Made by a program: the position numbers and the translations under genes | Part shown: piece by piece, positions 55,366 through 64,000 of the stretch | How the letters are laid out: every line of letters begins with the position of its first letter | Numbering within the stretch: the first letter of the stretch is position 1 | Assembly (NCBI GenBank): GCA_043822065.1 | Contig: JBDRCC010000020.1 | Coordinates: 1-64,000, forward strand | Direction of reading: 5' to 3' | Length of the DNA: 64,000 nt | DNA from: an archaeon | Lineage (GTDB): Archaea > Undinarchaeota > CAZHTU01 > JBDRCC01 | Notes under the pieces: generated by a model | What the model was told of the DNA's origin: nothing | Databases searched by the model: none | What the model saw: the letters and a program-made list of their open reading frames with translations, nothing else

Positions 55366-55500
55366 TTAATTCAGGTCTACGCCGTGTTCCCAGCGACCTT
55401 TTCTTTTTAGAAAAAAGAAAACGTCGATGAAAAGAAAAACTACTTTAGTGTTCGCTCCGCTCACAGATATAATTAGTTCAGGTCTACGCCGTGCTCCCAG
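55366..55500. repeat. Duplicated gene 3' end (28 nt) flanking a REP-like hairpin
   Basis: 55366-55393 vs 55473-55500, 26/28; hairpin cgaccttttcttttt-ag-aaaaaagaaaacgtcg then atgaaaagaaaaac. Confidence 0.92.
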
Positions 55501-56261
55501 TGGTGGTCGAACAGGTCCTGGAGGTTTCTGACAAAGTGCTCTGACTTTATCCAGATCCCATACTCCTGCTCCGCCTGGTCAGGCGACATTATCAGGAGCG
55601 CCTCTTTCCTGTCCTTGAGGAGTATCTTCGTGTTTATGCTGGCCTTCCTTATGCGGCCGTGCTTTGAAATATTCCTTGCATGCTCTGCGTGCTTCGTCTC
55701 TATGTTCCCAAGAACCTTTATCTCGATGCCCTTGGCCTTCGCCTCTTTCAGGTGGTCGACGTGGTTTGCGGCGAGGTTCCTGAGCCCATCGCCCGTGGTG
55801 AACTTGCAAATAGATTTCTCAGCCGAGAGTATCATTTCTTCGCGTTGCCGCCTCATATTATCTGTCCCCTTTATGAAGCCGCTCAGGCTTGCCGGGTCGA
55901 GCGCTGCGCTTGCGGACCGGTATATCGGGGCGAGCGTGTCGACAAACTCCTTCTGGAGCTTTTCAAGCTCGGCAACTCTCTGCTCGAACTCCTCCTGGTA
56001 ATCCGCCTTTATCCGCCTTATGACCTCTTCTGGCTTTGCAGGTATGTACCTTACCGGCCTGTCGTTCTGGACCTTTACGAAGCCTCTTTTCTCCAAGCTG
56101 GACAGGACGTCATACGCCCTGCTCCTCGGGACTCCGGATATGTCAGAGACCTCTCCCGCCGAGGAAACCCCGGTCGAAAGCAGGCCAACATACACCTTTG
56201 ACTCGTACTGGTTAAGCCCAAGCCTCTTCAGTAATGAAAATGTCTTGCCATTGCCTATCAT
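55473..56261 (-). CDS. trmB: TrmB family transcriptional regulator
   Basis: LGLNQYESKVY..LL, SGVPRSRAYDVL.SL..RGF; C-terminal sensor domain. Confidence 0.9.
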   Translation of the reverse strand: MIGNGKTFSLLKRLGLNQYESKVYVGLLSTGVSSAGEVSDISGVPRSRAYDVLSSLEKRGFVKVQNDRPVRYIPAKPEEVIRRIKADYQEEFEQRVAELEKLQKEFVDTLAPIYRSASAALDPASLSGFIKGTDNMRRQREEMILSAEKSICKFTTGDGLRNLAANHVDHLKEAKAKGIEIKVLGNIETKHAEHARNISKHGRIRKASINTKILLKDRKEALLIMSPDQAEQEYGIWIKSEHFVRNLQDLFDHHWEHGVDLN

Positions 56262-56381
56262 GGTATGAAACTAATATCACAATTTAAGTATATAAATGTT
56301 ACCATTAGTGAGTGGTAGTTTTCCGGCATGCCTGGCAAGCCGTAGATTAATTATTTAAGCAGCCGCTCGCTTATATCTAGT

Positions 56382-57239
56382 ATGATAATTGGGGGATCTG
56401 CTTCTCTTGAGCTGGCAAAAAAAATCTCCGCGGAGTCAGGCGAGCCGCTCGCCGCAGTCAAGCACAAAAAATTCCCTGACGGTGAGGTCTATGTCAAGCT
56501 CGAGCAGGGCAAAGTCGGCGAGGACGTCACCATCGTCCAGTCCACGCACTTTCCGCAGTACGAGAACTTTGCCGAACTGCTGTTCCTTGCCGAGATAGCA
56601 AAGCAGTACGGTGCAAAGAGGATACGCGCAGTCGTGCCGTACCTCACGAACGCAATGCAGGACAAGGTCTTCGAGCCTGGCGAGATACTCGCGGTAAGGC
56701 CAATCGCCAGCGCGATGAAAGCCGTTGGCATAGAAAAAATACTCACCGTCGACTGCCACTTCTACAGGAAGGAGGGGCCCTTTGACGCCTTCGGCATTCC
56801 GGCCTACAACATCGGCGCCGCCCCGCTCCTGCTAGACCACGTCTCAAAGAAGTTCAAGGACTTAGTCATCGTCACTCCAGACGCCGGCTCCGCAGAGCAG
56901 GCAAAGCAGGTCGGGGGGCAGAACATGAAGAAGAAGCGCATTTCTTCCTTCGAGGTTGAGATCGAGGGGCTGCCAGACGTCTCAGGAAAGAACGTCCTGA
57001 TAATCGACGACCTGATAGAGACCGGCGGCACAGTCCGAAAAGCCATTGACAATGTCAAGAAAGCCGGTGCGGCCAAGGTCGCTGTCGCCGCAACCCATGC
57101 AGCCTTCTGCTGCCAGGCATACGATAAGATAAAGCCGATGGCAGACTACGTCGTAACGTCCGACACAATCCCGCACGAAACATCCAAAGTGACAGTCGCA
57201 AAAAAAATTGCCGACACAATGAGATTAGGAAAATGGTAA
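56382..57239 (+). CDS. prs: Ribose-phosphate pyrophosphokinase
   Basis: FPDGE, QDKVF.PGE, PDAG, IIDDLIETGGT. Confidence 0.93.
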   Translation: MIIGGSASLELAKKISAESGEPLAAVKHKKFPDGEVYVKLEQGKVGEDVTIVQSTHFPQYENFAELLFLAEIAKQYGAKRIRAVVPYLTNAMQDKVFEPGEILAVRPIASAMKAVGIEKILTVDCHFYRKEGPFDAFGIPAYNIGAAPLLLDHVSKKFKDLVIVTPDAGSAEQAKQVGGQNMKKKRISSFEVEIEGLPDVSGKNVLIIDDLIETGGTVRKAIDNVKKAGAAKVAVAATHAAFCCQAYDKIKPMADYVVTSDTIPHETSKVTVAKKIADTMRLGKW

Positions 57240-57919
57240 GCCAGAAAAAATTAGAAACCGAATCCAAAAAGCAGAACGAGAAGCTCAAGCAGATGGCAGG
57301 TACAGCGGCCGCACGCTACGTCGACGGCGGGATGGTCGTCGGGCTTGGCACGGGCTCAACCGTGAAATACACAATCCAGGAAATTGGAAGGCTGAAGCTC
57401 AAAATCCTCGGCGTCCCGACGTCTAAGGCGACCGAGCGCCTCGCAAGGACGTGCGGCATCCGGCTCACCAGCCCGAACAAGGTCGACAGCATTGACGTCA
57501 CCATAGACGGTGCCGACGAGATTGACGCTGAAATGAACCTCATCAAAGGCGGCGGAGGCGCGCTGACAAGGGAAAAGATTGTCGCCTCAATGAGCAAGCT
57601 CTACGTTGTTGTCGCCGACGAGTCAAAGGTCGTACAGACCCTTGGCAAATTTCCCCTTCCGATTGAAGTCTTAGAATTCGCAAAAAGGAATGTCTCCCGG
57701 ACGCTCCTAAAGTTTGGTGCGACTTCTGTCACCGAGCGCAAAGGGAAAACCGACAACGGCAACATCATCCTCGACGCCAAGTTCCCAGCAATACTGAACC
57801 CGCTCAAGCTCGAGAAAGATTTAAATAATCTGCCCGGCGTAATTGAGAATGGGATATTCCCGAAGCGGTACGTCAACTACGTCGTCATCGGGACAAAGAA
57901 AGGCGTAAAAACAGCATAA
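57233..57919 (+). CDS. rpiA: Ribose-5-phosphate isomerase A
   Basis: GLGTGST, DGADE, KGGGGALTREK, TDNGN. Confidence 0.96.
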   Translation: MVSQKKLETESKKQNEKLKQMAGTAAARYVDGGMVVGLGTGSTVKYTIQEIGRLKLKILGVPTSKATERLARTCGIRLTSPNKVDSIDVTIDGADEIDAEMNLIKGGGGALTREKIVASMSKLYVVVADESKVVQTLGKFPLPIEVLEFAKRNVSRTLLKFGATSVTERKGKTDNGNIILDAKFPAILNPLKLEKDLNNLPGVIENGIFPKRYVNYVVIGTKKGVKTA

Positions 57920-58224
57920 TGCCAAGGACAATAAACTACGAGGAAAAGAAATTCAGGGCGAGGCAAAAAGGCCTCGGCCACATCGGCAAGGCAAGGGAGC
58001 GCGTCTGCCCGTTCTGGATTACCGCCGCAGTCGAGGAGGTCTACCGCCCGGAGCCGCGGGCAGTTTTTGTCACCCACTGCATGGCGACGGGACGGATGAT
58101 CTGCCCGCGCGACCCATACCACTACGAGACCTGCGAGTACTACCAGAAGTTCAGGCGCTCAAAGGACGAGAATGTCGACAGGACAACGACAATGCCGAGG
58201 TTCCCTGTCCCAAGCCCGGACTAA
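57919..58224 (+). CDS. Hypothetical Cys-containing protein
   Basis: TAATG coupling to rpiA; CPFW...HC...IC...CEYY. Confidence 0.7.
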   Translation: MPRTINYEEKKFRARQKGLGHIGKARERVCPFWITAAVEEVYRPEPRAVFVTHCMATGRMICPRDPYHYETCEYYQKFRRSKDENVDRTTTMPRFPVPSPD

Positions 58225-58256
58225 ACTATTTATAACTCAAAGTTCAAACACATTCC

Positions 58257-59525
58257 ATGAATGAAATTAGAGACTATCTCGGCCAGATACGTGCCGACGC
58301 CTTTCTAGCTTACGTCTCGCGCGAAACCCACGGTACCATAACGCAAGACATTCTGGGCGTCCCGCCCGATGCAATGACCTCAAGGGAACACTTCGCCTTT
58401 ATCTATACAGACAAGAAAAAAGTAGACTTCTTCGCCTCAAAAATCGACGAGGCTCACGTATCTGATCTTAAACACGACATCACCTTTTACTACAGCTACA
58501 GGAACAAGTACAAGCTCCTTGAAGACAAGCTCAAAGATCTCAACACCATACTGCTCGACTACTCCTTCCAGCATCCTGAGGAAGTGAAAACCCTGAAGAT
58601 GGATCCTTCAAGGTACATCAAGAAGGGTCCCGTCATTCCAGCCCTGGAGTTCGTAGATCTGCTAAAAAAGAGGGACGCTCAAATCGTTAATCAGCTGGTA
58701 CCCAAGATTGCGTTCATCTCAGACACCGGATATCTAAGCCACACCTATGCAGCAGAAAAGCTTACCGGAATCGTCTTGGACGCCTTTGAGCTAATCCGGA
58801 AAGAAGCTGGAAAAATAAGGGAGGGCGATGTGTGCAAGTTCATATACGACGAAATTAGAAAGAAAGGGATGGCGATGGAAAATCTTCCCTACGAAAAAGG
58901 GGAACAGATCCCTAATTCCAGCCCCATAGTCTCCGTCAATGAAAATGCAAGCAATGTCCACTACAAGGCTAAATTCGGCAAGGGGGCGAAAATCAAGGAA
59001 GGAGATCTCGTCCTAATAGACCTCTGGGCGAGGACACGCAGCCACTCCCCGGTTTTCGCTGACATAACCTGGATGGGCTACGTCGGTGAGGAAGTACCTA
59101 AAAAACTTGAGGATATATTCCAAACAGTCATCCAGGCAAGGGACGCAGCTGTCAGCCGGCTAATGGAGAACTATCCTGGAAAAATAACTGGCCAGGAGCT
59201 TGACAGAGTCGCCCTTGATGTCCTTGGAGGTGCTGGCTACAAGGAAGAAGCAATCATTAGCAGGCTGGGGCATGCTATGGACATTCAGGATCATGGTAAA
59301 GGAGTAAATCTTGACGACTTTGAGATCCCAGACGCAAGGGAGCTCAAGCCAAGGCTCCTCTTTACAATAGAACCTGGCCTCTACCTCCCGAAGTACGGCT
59401 TCAGAAGCGAAATAGATATCTTCCTGCACCACAACCGAGCCGAAATAACCACAATGCCCTACCAGACAAAGGTAATCCCGCTTCTCGCACCTAGGTCGTC
59501 CTGGAGCTCCTGCTGGAAAGAATAA
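58257..59525 (+). CDS. M24 family (Xaa-Pro) aminopeptidase
   Basis: NVHY, LIDLWA, ADITW, LGH, FTIEPGLY, GFRSE. Confidence 0.88.
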   Translation: MNEIRDYLGQIRADAFLAYVSRETHGTITQDILGVPPDAMTSREHFAFIYTDKKKVDFFASKIDEAHVSDLKHDITFYYSYRNKYKLLEDKLKDLNTILLDYSFQHPEEVKTLKMDPSRYIKKGPVIPALEFVDLLKKRDAQIVNQLVPKIAFISDTGYLSHTYAAEKLTGIVLDAFELIRKEAGKIREGDVCKFIYDEIRKKGMAMENLPYEKGEQIPNSSPIVSVNENASNVHYKAKFGKGAKIKEGDLVLIDLWARTRSHSPVFADITWMGYVGEEVPKKLEDIFQTVIQARDAAVSRLMENYPGKITGQELDRVALDVLGGAGYKEEAIISRLGHAMDIQDHGKGVNLDDFEIPDARELKPRLLFTIEPGLYLPKYGFRSEIDIFLHHNRAEITTMPYQTKVIPLLAPRSSWSSCWKE

Positions 59526-59556
59526 AAAGTTTATATCTCCTTCGCGATAAGTCTAT

Positions 59557-59664
59557 ATGGCTTTCGTTGGTAGAACTCGATATCTAGAACTCTTGGTGGG
59601 GCTTGTTGATAACATCGAGCTAGGCATGACCCTGCCAAGGTTCCCGGTGCCGAGCCCGGACTAA
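59557..59664 (+). pseudogene. 35 aa chimeric ORF: truncated gene start fused to the displaced gene end
   Basis: MAFVGRTRYLELLVGLVDNIELGM + TLPRFPVPSPD*; own TATA (tttatatc) upstream. Confidence 0.5.
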
Positions 59665-59697
59665 GCATTATATACTAAAATAGCTCATTAACAGGAT

Positions 59698-60744
59698 ATG
59701 GCGGCTTCACCAAAGCAGTTTATATCTCAGATAGAATCCAACAAGGAATACCTACGAATTGCGAAGATAGTTGTCGAAAGAACACTTGCTCTCAAGACAA
59801 CCGAGACGATTTCAATTTTTGCCGACAACGCAGCCGGTAAAATCGGTGCGGCAGTCTTCCTTGTTGCCGAAGGCATTGCAAAACAGGCGAACTTCAGGAT
59901 AATTGAGCACAGCTACGGCAAAAGGCCGATAATTGGGATCCCTACGGAAATTAAAGAGCTTACAGAGGCAAGCGATGTCGTAGTCTACGTCCTAGGCGAC
60001 CAGTACGGCGAAGAGCGCGCCGAAAACGGGATCCGGGCTTATTGGATGTTCGAATGGGCTCTCACTAAAAAGTTGGGCAGGTGCACCGGGATGCCTGGTA
60101 TCACTGAGCAGATGTTCCTTAATCTAGTCGACATAGACTACCAAAAATTAAAGGGGCGGGCGACCAAGATAGCAAAGCTCATCGCGGGGAGATACATACA
60201 CATTATTACCCCAGCCGGAACAGACCTAATATTTAGCCTCTTGAAAGCGGACGGCACCCCATGTGAGACAGACCCGGATATAGGCGAGAACCACGAGAAA
60301 GGCAAGCCTGGCGTCGCAAACATCCCCTGCGGGGAAATCTGCTATATGTATGAAATGAACACTAACCACTGCCACGGGACTGTAGTAATTGACGGTGCCA
60401 TCGGGGACTTTGGCCTTGTCGACCAGCCGCTAAGCTTTGATGTCTACAAGGGGAGGATACTCTTAGACACCATCAAAGGCGGCAAAGCTGCACAATACCT
60501 GAAGAATGAGATAAAGCGCTCCAAGGACGGCGAAGGCGCAGTCTTCAGCGAGCTGGGCATCGGCCTGAACGAAAAGGCAAAACTGCACCCCAACCTGAAC
60601 TGCCTTGAGGCGGAGAAGATATGGGGCACGGTCCACGTCGCATTTGGGCGCAAGGTGCACAACGACTGCGTCCTCAAAAACCCCAAGGTCATCGCACTTA
60701 AGCCGGAGACCGTAAAGGAGCAGAAGGAAAGCTGGAAAATCTGA
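59698..60744 (+). CDS. M29-like (aminopeptidase T) metallopeptidase
   Basis: MPGIT, AGTDL, NIPCGE, SELGIGLN, EAEK..GTVHVAFG, HND. Confidence 0.85.
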   Translation: MAASPKQFISQIESNKEYLRIAKIVVERTLALKTTETISIFADNAAGKIGAAVFLVAEGIAKQANFRIIEHSYGKRPIIGIPTEIKELTEASDVVVYVLGDQYGEERAENGIRAYWMFEWALTKKLGRCTGMPGITEQMFLNLVDIDYQKLKGRATKIAKLIAGRYIHIITPAGTDLIFSLLKADGTPCETDPDIGENHEKGKPGVANIPCGEICYMYEMNTNHCHGTVVIDGAIGDFGLVDQPLSFDVYKGRILLDTIKGGKAAQYLKNEIKRSKDGEGAVFSELGIGLNEKAKLHPNLNCLEAEKIWGTVHVAFGRKVHNDCVLKNPKVIALKPETVKEQKESWKI

Positions 60745-60832
60745 GCAATCCCCGAAGCATCTCGTTTTAGCTCAGATTTCGCAGTGCAGAAACCGCAGTT
60801 TTTATATATGCCACTAGCAAATAGTATCTCTA

Positions 60833-61912
60833 ATGGGGAGCTTGCAACAGGGCGCATATAACGCAGTCAAAGTCTGCATGGGCGTCAAGAGGGGCGAAAG
60901 AGTCACAATAATAACTGACGACTCTGCAATGCAGATTGCAACCGCCCTCAGAACAGAAGCGGAGAAACTTAAAGCAAAGGTTTCTTTCTTCAACCTCGAT
61001 GATTTTGAGAACCGGAGGGCGAGCAAGAAAAACCTCCTTAAGAAGGCGCCGAAGGAAGTCCTCGAAGCCATAGAGGACTCGGACATCACTTTCTACAATG
61101 CCGCGGACAAGCAGTTTGGCTCGAATACCGAGGTCCAGGCTAGAATCAAGATATGGGAGCACGCCATACAATATGCCCGGCACGCCCACATGCCCGGAGT
61201 AAGTGTTAAGATGATGGAAACCGGCATGTGCGTCGACTACAAGAAAGTTCACAAAATTACGCACAAAGTCTACGGCGAGTTCCTGAAGGATGCAAAAAGC
61301 ATGCACATAGCATCCAGGGCAGGAACAGACTTAGCCATCATGTTCGGGCCGACAAACAAGTACCCAGATGCCAGATGGCGCGCCTGCGGCGGGCTTTACC
61401 ACAAGAAAGGCGAGAGCGGAAACCTCCCGGAGGGCGAGGTATTCACCTGCCCGATTCGTGTCAATGGCGACCTTGTCTTCGACGGCTGCATCGGGGAGTT
61501 GTCCAAGGACGACCTTGAGGAGACAAACCAGGTAATAAGCATGAAGGTGGTGGACAGCTTTTGTGAGCGGGACAGCATAAACTGCCGCAACAAGGACCTC
61601 GAGTCGGCTTACAGGAACTACCTTTCCAAGCATCAGAATTCTTACCGAGTTGGCGAGATAGGCGTCGGGACCAATGTACTTTTGAGGAAATACGGCTTCG
61701 TCGGGCACATGCTCCAGGACGAGAAATACCCGGGCATCCACATTGCCTTCGGGGAGTCAAGCCCTGACGACACCGGCATCAGCTGGGAGAAGGAAGGCGG
61801 CGACCCGCCGACGCACATAGACGGCTTCATAAAACACGCCACGCTTGATGTCACGGACAAGGACGGAACGACAAAGCGGCTCCTCAAGAACGGAAAATTC
61901 GTTTTCGAGTGA
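60833..61912 (+). CDS. M29 (aminopeptidase T) metallopeptidase
   Basis: HMPGV, AGTDL, NLPEGE, GEIGVGTN, QDEKYPGIHIAFG, HID. Confidence 0.9.
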   Translation: MGSLQQGAYNAVKVCMGVKRGERVTIITDDSAMQIATALRTEAEKLKAKVSFFNLDDFENRRASKKNLLKKAPKEVLEAIEDSDITFYNAADKQFGSNTEVQARIKIWEHAIQYARHAHMPGVSVKMMETGMCVDYKKVHKITHKVYGEFLKDAKSMHIASRAGTDLAIMFGPTNKYPDARWRACGGLYHKKGESGNLPEGEVFTCPIRVNGDLVFDGCIGELSKDDLEETNQVISMKVVDSFCERDSINCRNKDLESAYRNYLSKHQNSYRVGEIGVGTNVLLRKYGFVGHMLQDEKYPGIHIAFGESSPDDTGISWEKEGGDPPTHIDGFIKHATLDVTDKDGTTKRLLKNGKFVFE

Positions 61913-63184
61913 TTATTTCTTGCCCCAGCCTCGCTAATCCCTACCTACTTGCTTATTACCCACTTGCCTTTCAGGTTAATGCCGGAGGTGCCTTGCAGTA
62001 TCAGTTTGTCACCGATATAAATCGCGGGATTGTACATGAGGTAGTCACAGTGCGTCTTAGAGCCAAATCCCAAGTGGCATGTCCCAACTGCCTTCTCTGC
62101 CTCTAGCAGGGTCGTACCCTTGTAGATACTAGCATTTGGATTAGTGCCTATGCCAACTTCGAATAGGACGCCCCTGTCATTAGGCTCTCCTGCAACAAAC
62201 TCCTTCATCCACTCCGTCGCGTCATCCCTTGCGGGGTCAACCGCCTCTATGGTCCCTTCGAGTATACGCCCGCTCTGGACCTCAAACCTAATCGGTCCAT
62301 CCAATATCCCGCCAGTTTCCTCTTCCTTATACATCCCACTCAAGCCGTCAATAACAACAACGCCGCTGGCTTGCATGTAATCGACAGGCTCCCAGAAAGT
62401 TTCGCCGCCTGGCAAATTCCTCATGTTCTTCACTTTGGTAATATCTCCATTGCTTAAGTCCACTTTACTCTTCCCGCCAAAGAGCCTTATTTTCTTTCCG
62501 GTCACCAGGCTTACCTTGATGTCGGTGCCAGCAGGAGTCCTTATGCGGACATTTTCCTTGTCATTCAATAAGTCCCGTATCGTTTCACAATTTTTTTGTA
62601 TTTCTTTGTAATCTATATCTATCAATGTCGTATACATCTTCTCAGTTATGCCTGGCATCGGGACGCACCGGGTGGCATCTTCTTCCTTTAAGTGCCGCGG
62701 ATACTTCTTGCGGGTATCATCAAAGTTCTTGGATAGCAGCAGCGCCCACACCTGCCTGACTTCCCCCTTCACTATGTCCTCCCCGCCGCTTATCCCATAG
62801 ATGACAATGTCCGCAGATTTGCACTCGTCAATTAAGCGGTCCCCTGGCTTAACTGGGCTCTTCGGGTCGTCAAGGGATAGCGGAACTTTTTTTCCGTAGA
62901 ATGCTGCTGTGCGGTAGCCCTTTTTTATTTCTATGTCGCCGCCATCCACCACGGTTAGGTAAACGTGGCCGCTAATCTTGCGTGCCTCTTCATAAAGGCT
63001 GATAAACATGCTCCTGTGCGCCTTATCCGTGAAAATTAGCAGCTTTTCGTCCTTTCTAAGGCCTATTGCTTCCTTTACAATCCTTGAGCTTGCGCTTTTC
63101 AGGCTTGCCATCTGCGTTGTCTTAAATGTTTTGTATCCTGCGGTATATAACTCTTTGTGTCGCTTACGCTATTTCTTGCCCCAG
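61913..63184 (-). repeat. Duplicated topA 3' end (16 nt) flanking the third M29 gene
   Basis: ttatttcttgccccag (61913-61928) vs ctatttcttgccccag (63169-63184): WGKK-TAA vs WGKK-TAG. Confidence 0.8.
61945..63111 (-). CDS. M29-like (aminopeptidase T) metallopeptidase
   Basis: MPGIT, AGTDI, NLPGGE, FEVGIGTN, EAEK..GTCHLGFG, HCD. Confidence 0.85.
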   Translation of the reverse strand: MASLKSASSRIVKEAIGLRKDEKLLIFTDKAHRSMFISLYEEARKISGHVYLTVVDGGDIEIKKGYRTAAFYGKKVPLSLDDPKSPVKPGDRLIDECKSADIVIYGISGGEDIVKGEVRQVWALLLSKNFDDTRKKYPRHLKEEDATRCVPMPGITEKMYTTLIDIDYKEIQKNCETIRDLLNDKENVRIRTPAGTDIKVSLVTGKKIRLFGGKSKVDLSNGDITKVKNMRNLPGGETFWEPVDYMQASGVVVIDGLSGMYKEEETGGILDGPIRFEVQSGRILEGTIEAVDPARDDATEWMKEFVAGEPNDRGVLFEVGIGTNPNASIYKGTTLLEAEKAVGTCHLGFGSKTHCDYLMYNPAIYIGDKLILQGTSGINLKGKWVISK

Positions 63185-64000
63185 TCGGCCTTCGATTTGC
63201 ATTTCGGGTCTATGCACATCTCCCACGGCCTCTTGCCGCGGTTTATTACCTTGATGACCGGCTTGCCGCACTCCTTGCATACCTTGCCCTCACCCTTTAT
63301 CAGCCCTCCCTGCGGGAGCGGGTAGCTATTGCTGCACTTCGGGTAGTTTGAGCAGCCAGCAAACCGTTTCTTCGAAACCTTTGCACGGATTATCCTCAGC
63401 TCGCCCTCGCCGCAGGCTGGGCACTTCCCTATTGCCTTCTCCGCCTTTTTCGTCTCTATGTATGAGGACTGGAGCTCCCTTCCGATTTCAAGCTCGTCCT
63501 CCTTGAATTTTGACAGGACTTCCGTCAGGATGGTCTTCGCGTCCTCAAGAACGTCTTCCTGCCTCATCTTGCCGGACTGTATTGCCTCCATGTCATCCTC
63601 AAACTTCCGCGTCAGCGCGGGGTCTATTATCTGCGGGACGTGCTTCTCGAGCGTGGAAATGATGTTCATCCCGAGCTCCGTGACTTCTATCGACCTGCCC
63701 GTGATGTAGTTCCTGTCCTGCAGGGTGGTTATTATCTGCGCCCTCGTCGACTTTGTCCCGAGCACGAGCGAGTCAAGCTTCCTTATGAGGGACGCCTCAG
63801 TGTACCTTGCAGGCGGCTGGGTCTGCTTTTCGTGCAGCTCTATCCCAAGCACATTTAGACTGCCACCCTTTGACAGGTCAGGTATCTCGTCCTCCTTCAG
63901 CCCGACGTATGGCTCATACAATACGTGCCAGCCCTTCTCGACAGTCCTTGTCCCCTTGGAGATGAACGGCTCTTCCGCGACGAGTATCCTTGCGGCTACG
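63169..64000 (-). CDS. topA: DNA topoisomerase I (type IA), C-terminal part; runs off the window
   Basis: TQPPARYTEASL, LGTKSTRA.II..L..R.YI, zinc ribbons CPAC...GCSNYPKC. Confidence 0.95.
   Translation of the reverse strand, partial: VAARILVAEEPFISKGTRTVEKGWHVLYEPYVGLKEDEIPDLSKGGSLNVLGIELHEKQTQPPARYTEASLIRKLDSLVLGTKSTRAQIITTLQDRNYITGRSIEVTELGMNIISTLEKHVPQIIDPALTRKFEDDMEAIQSGKMRQEDVLEDAKTILTEVLSKFKEDELEIGRELQSSYIETKKAEKAIGKCPACGEGELRIIRAKVSKKRFAGCSNYPKCSNSYPLPQGGLIKGEGKVCKECGKPVIKVINRGKRPWEMCIDPKCKSKADWGKK

Larger units (their letters stand above)
58189..59664 (+). repeat. Duplicated gene 3' end (36 nt) flanking the M24 peptidase cargo
   Basis: 58189-58224 (TMPRFPVPSPD*) vs 59629-59664 (TLPRFPVPSPD*), 30/36 nt identical. 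Confidence 0.88.

Noticed and set aside
22348-55500. CRISPR array or DGR template/variable repeats
   Set aside because: Each locus has only two locus-specific copies, the mismatches follow codon degeneracy, and no cas or reverse transcriptase gene is present in the window
60737-60779. 10-bp inverted repeat aaatctgagc/gctcagattt after the first M29 gene
   Set aside because: No flanking duplication and unlike the hairpin family; at most a terminator or processing stem

Overview
Gene-dense archaeal chromosomal segment, probably DPANN-like (inference). Archaeal markers include fibrillarin, Nop5, S17e, archaeal Elp3, TrmB, topoisomerase I, TATA-box promoters and class III signal peptides. Contents: two Wzy-like polymerases; tRNA-Gly(CCC) and tRNA-Ser(CGA); a tandem array of about 8 pilin-like genes, most with variable Cys-rich tips; a second type IV pilus locus with TadC; a degenerate PdxS; a metal/redox transport block; kbl/tdh; a HypC-HydE fusion with HydG beside dtxR-feoAB and a NifB/NifX-DUF134 operon; a 1715-aa four-LamG surface protein; class II LysRS; prs-rpiA; and four peptidases. 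Most striking non-gene signal: at six or seven sites the last 15-40 nt of a gene occur twice. The two copies flank either a REP-like hairpin or a cargo gene, and in the six clear cases they differ almost only at silent positions (14 of 15 mismatches by my manual alignment). Other top leads are the HypC-HydE/HydG maturase pair with no hydF or hydA nearby, the Cys-rich pilin array, and a methyltransferase split by one in-frame TAG. All calls come from reading motifs by eye; no database search was run.
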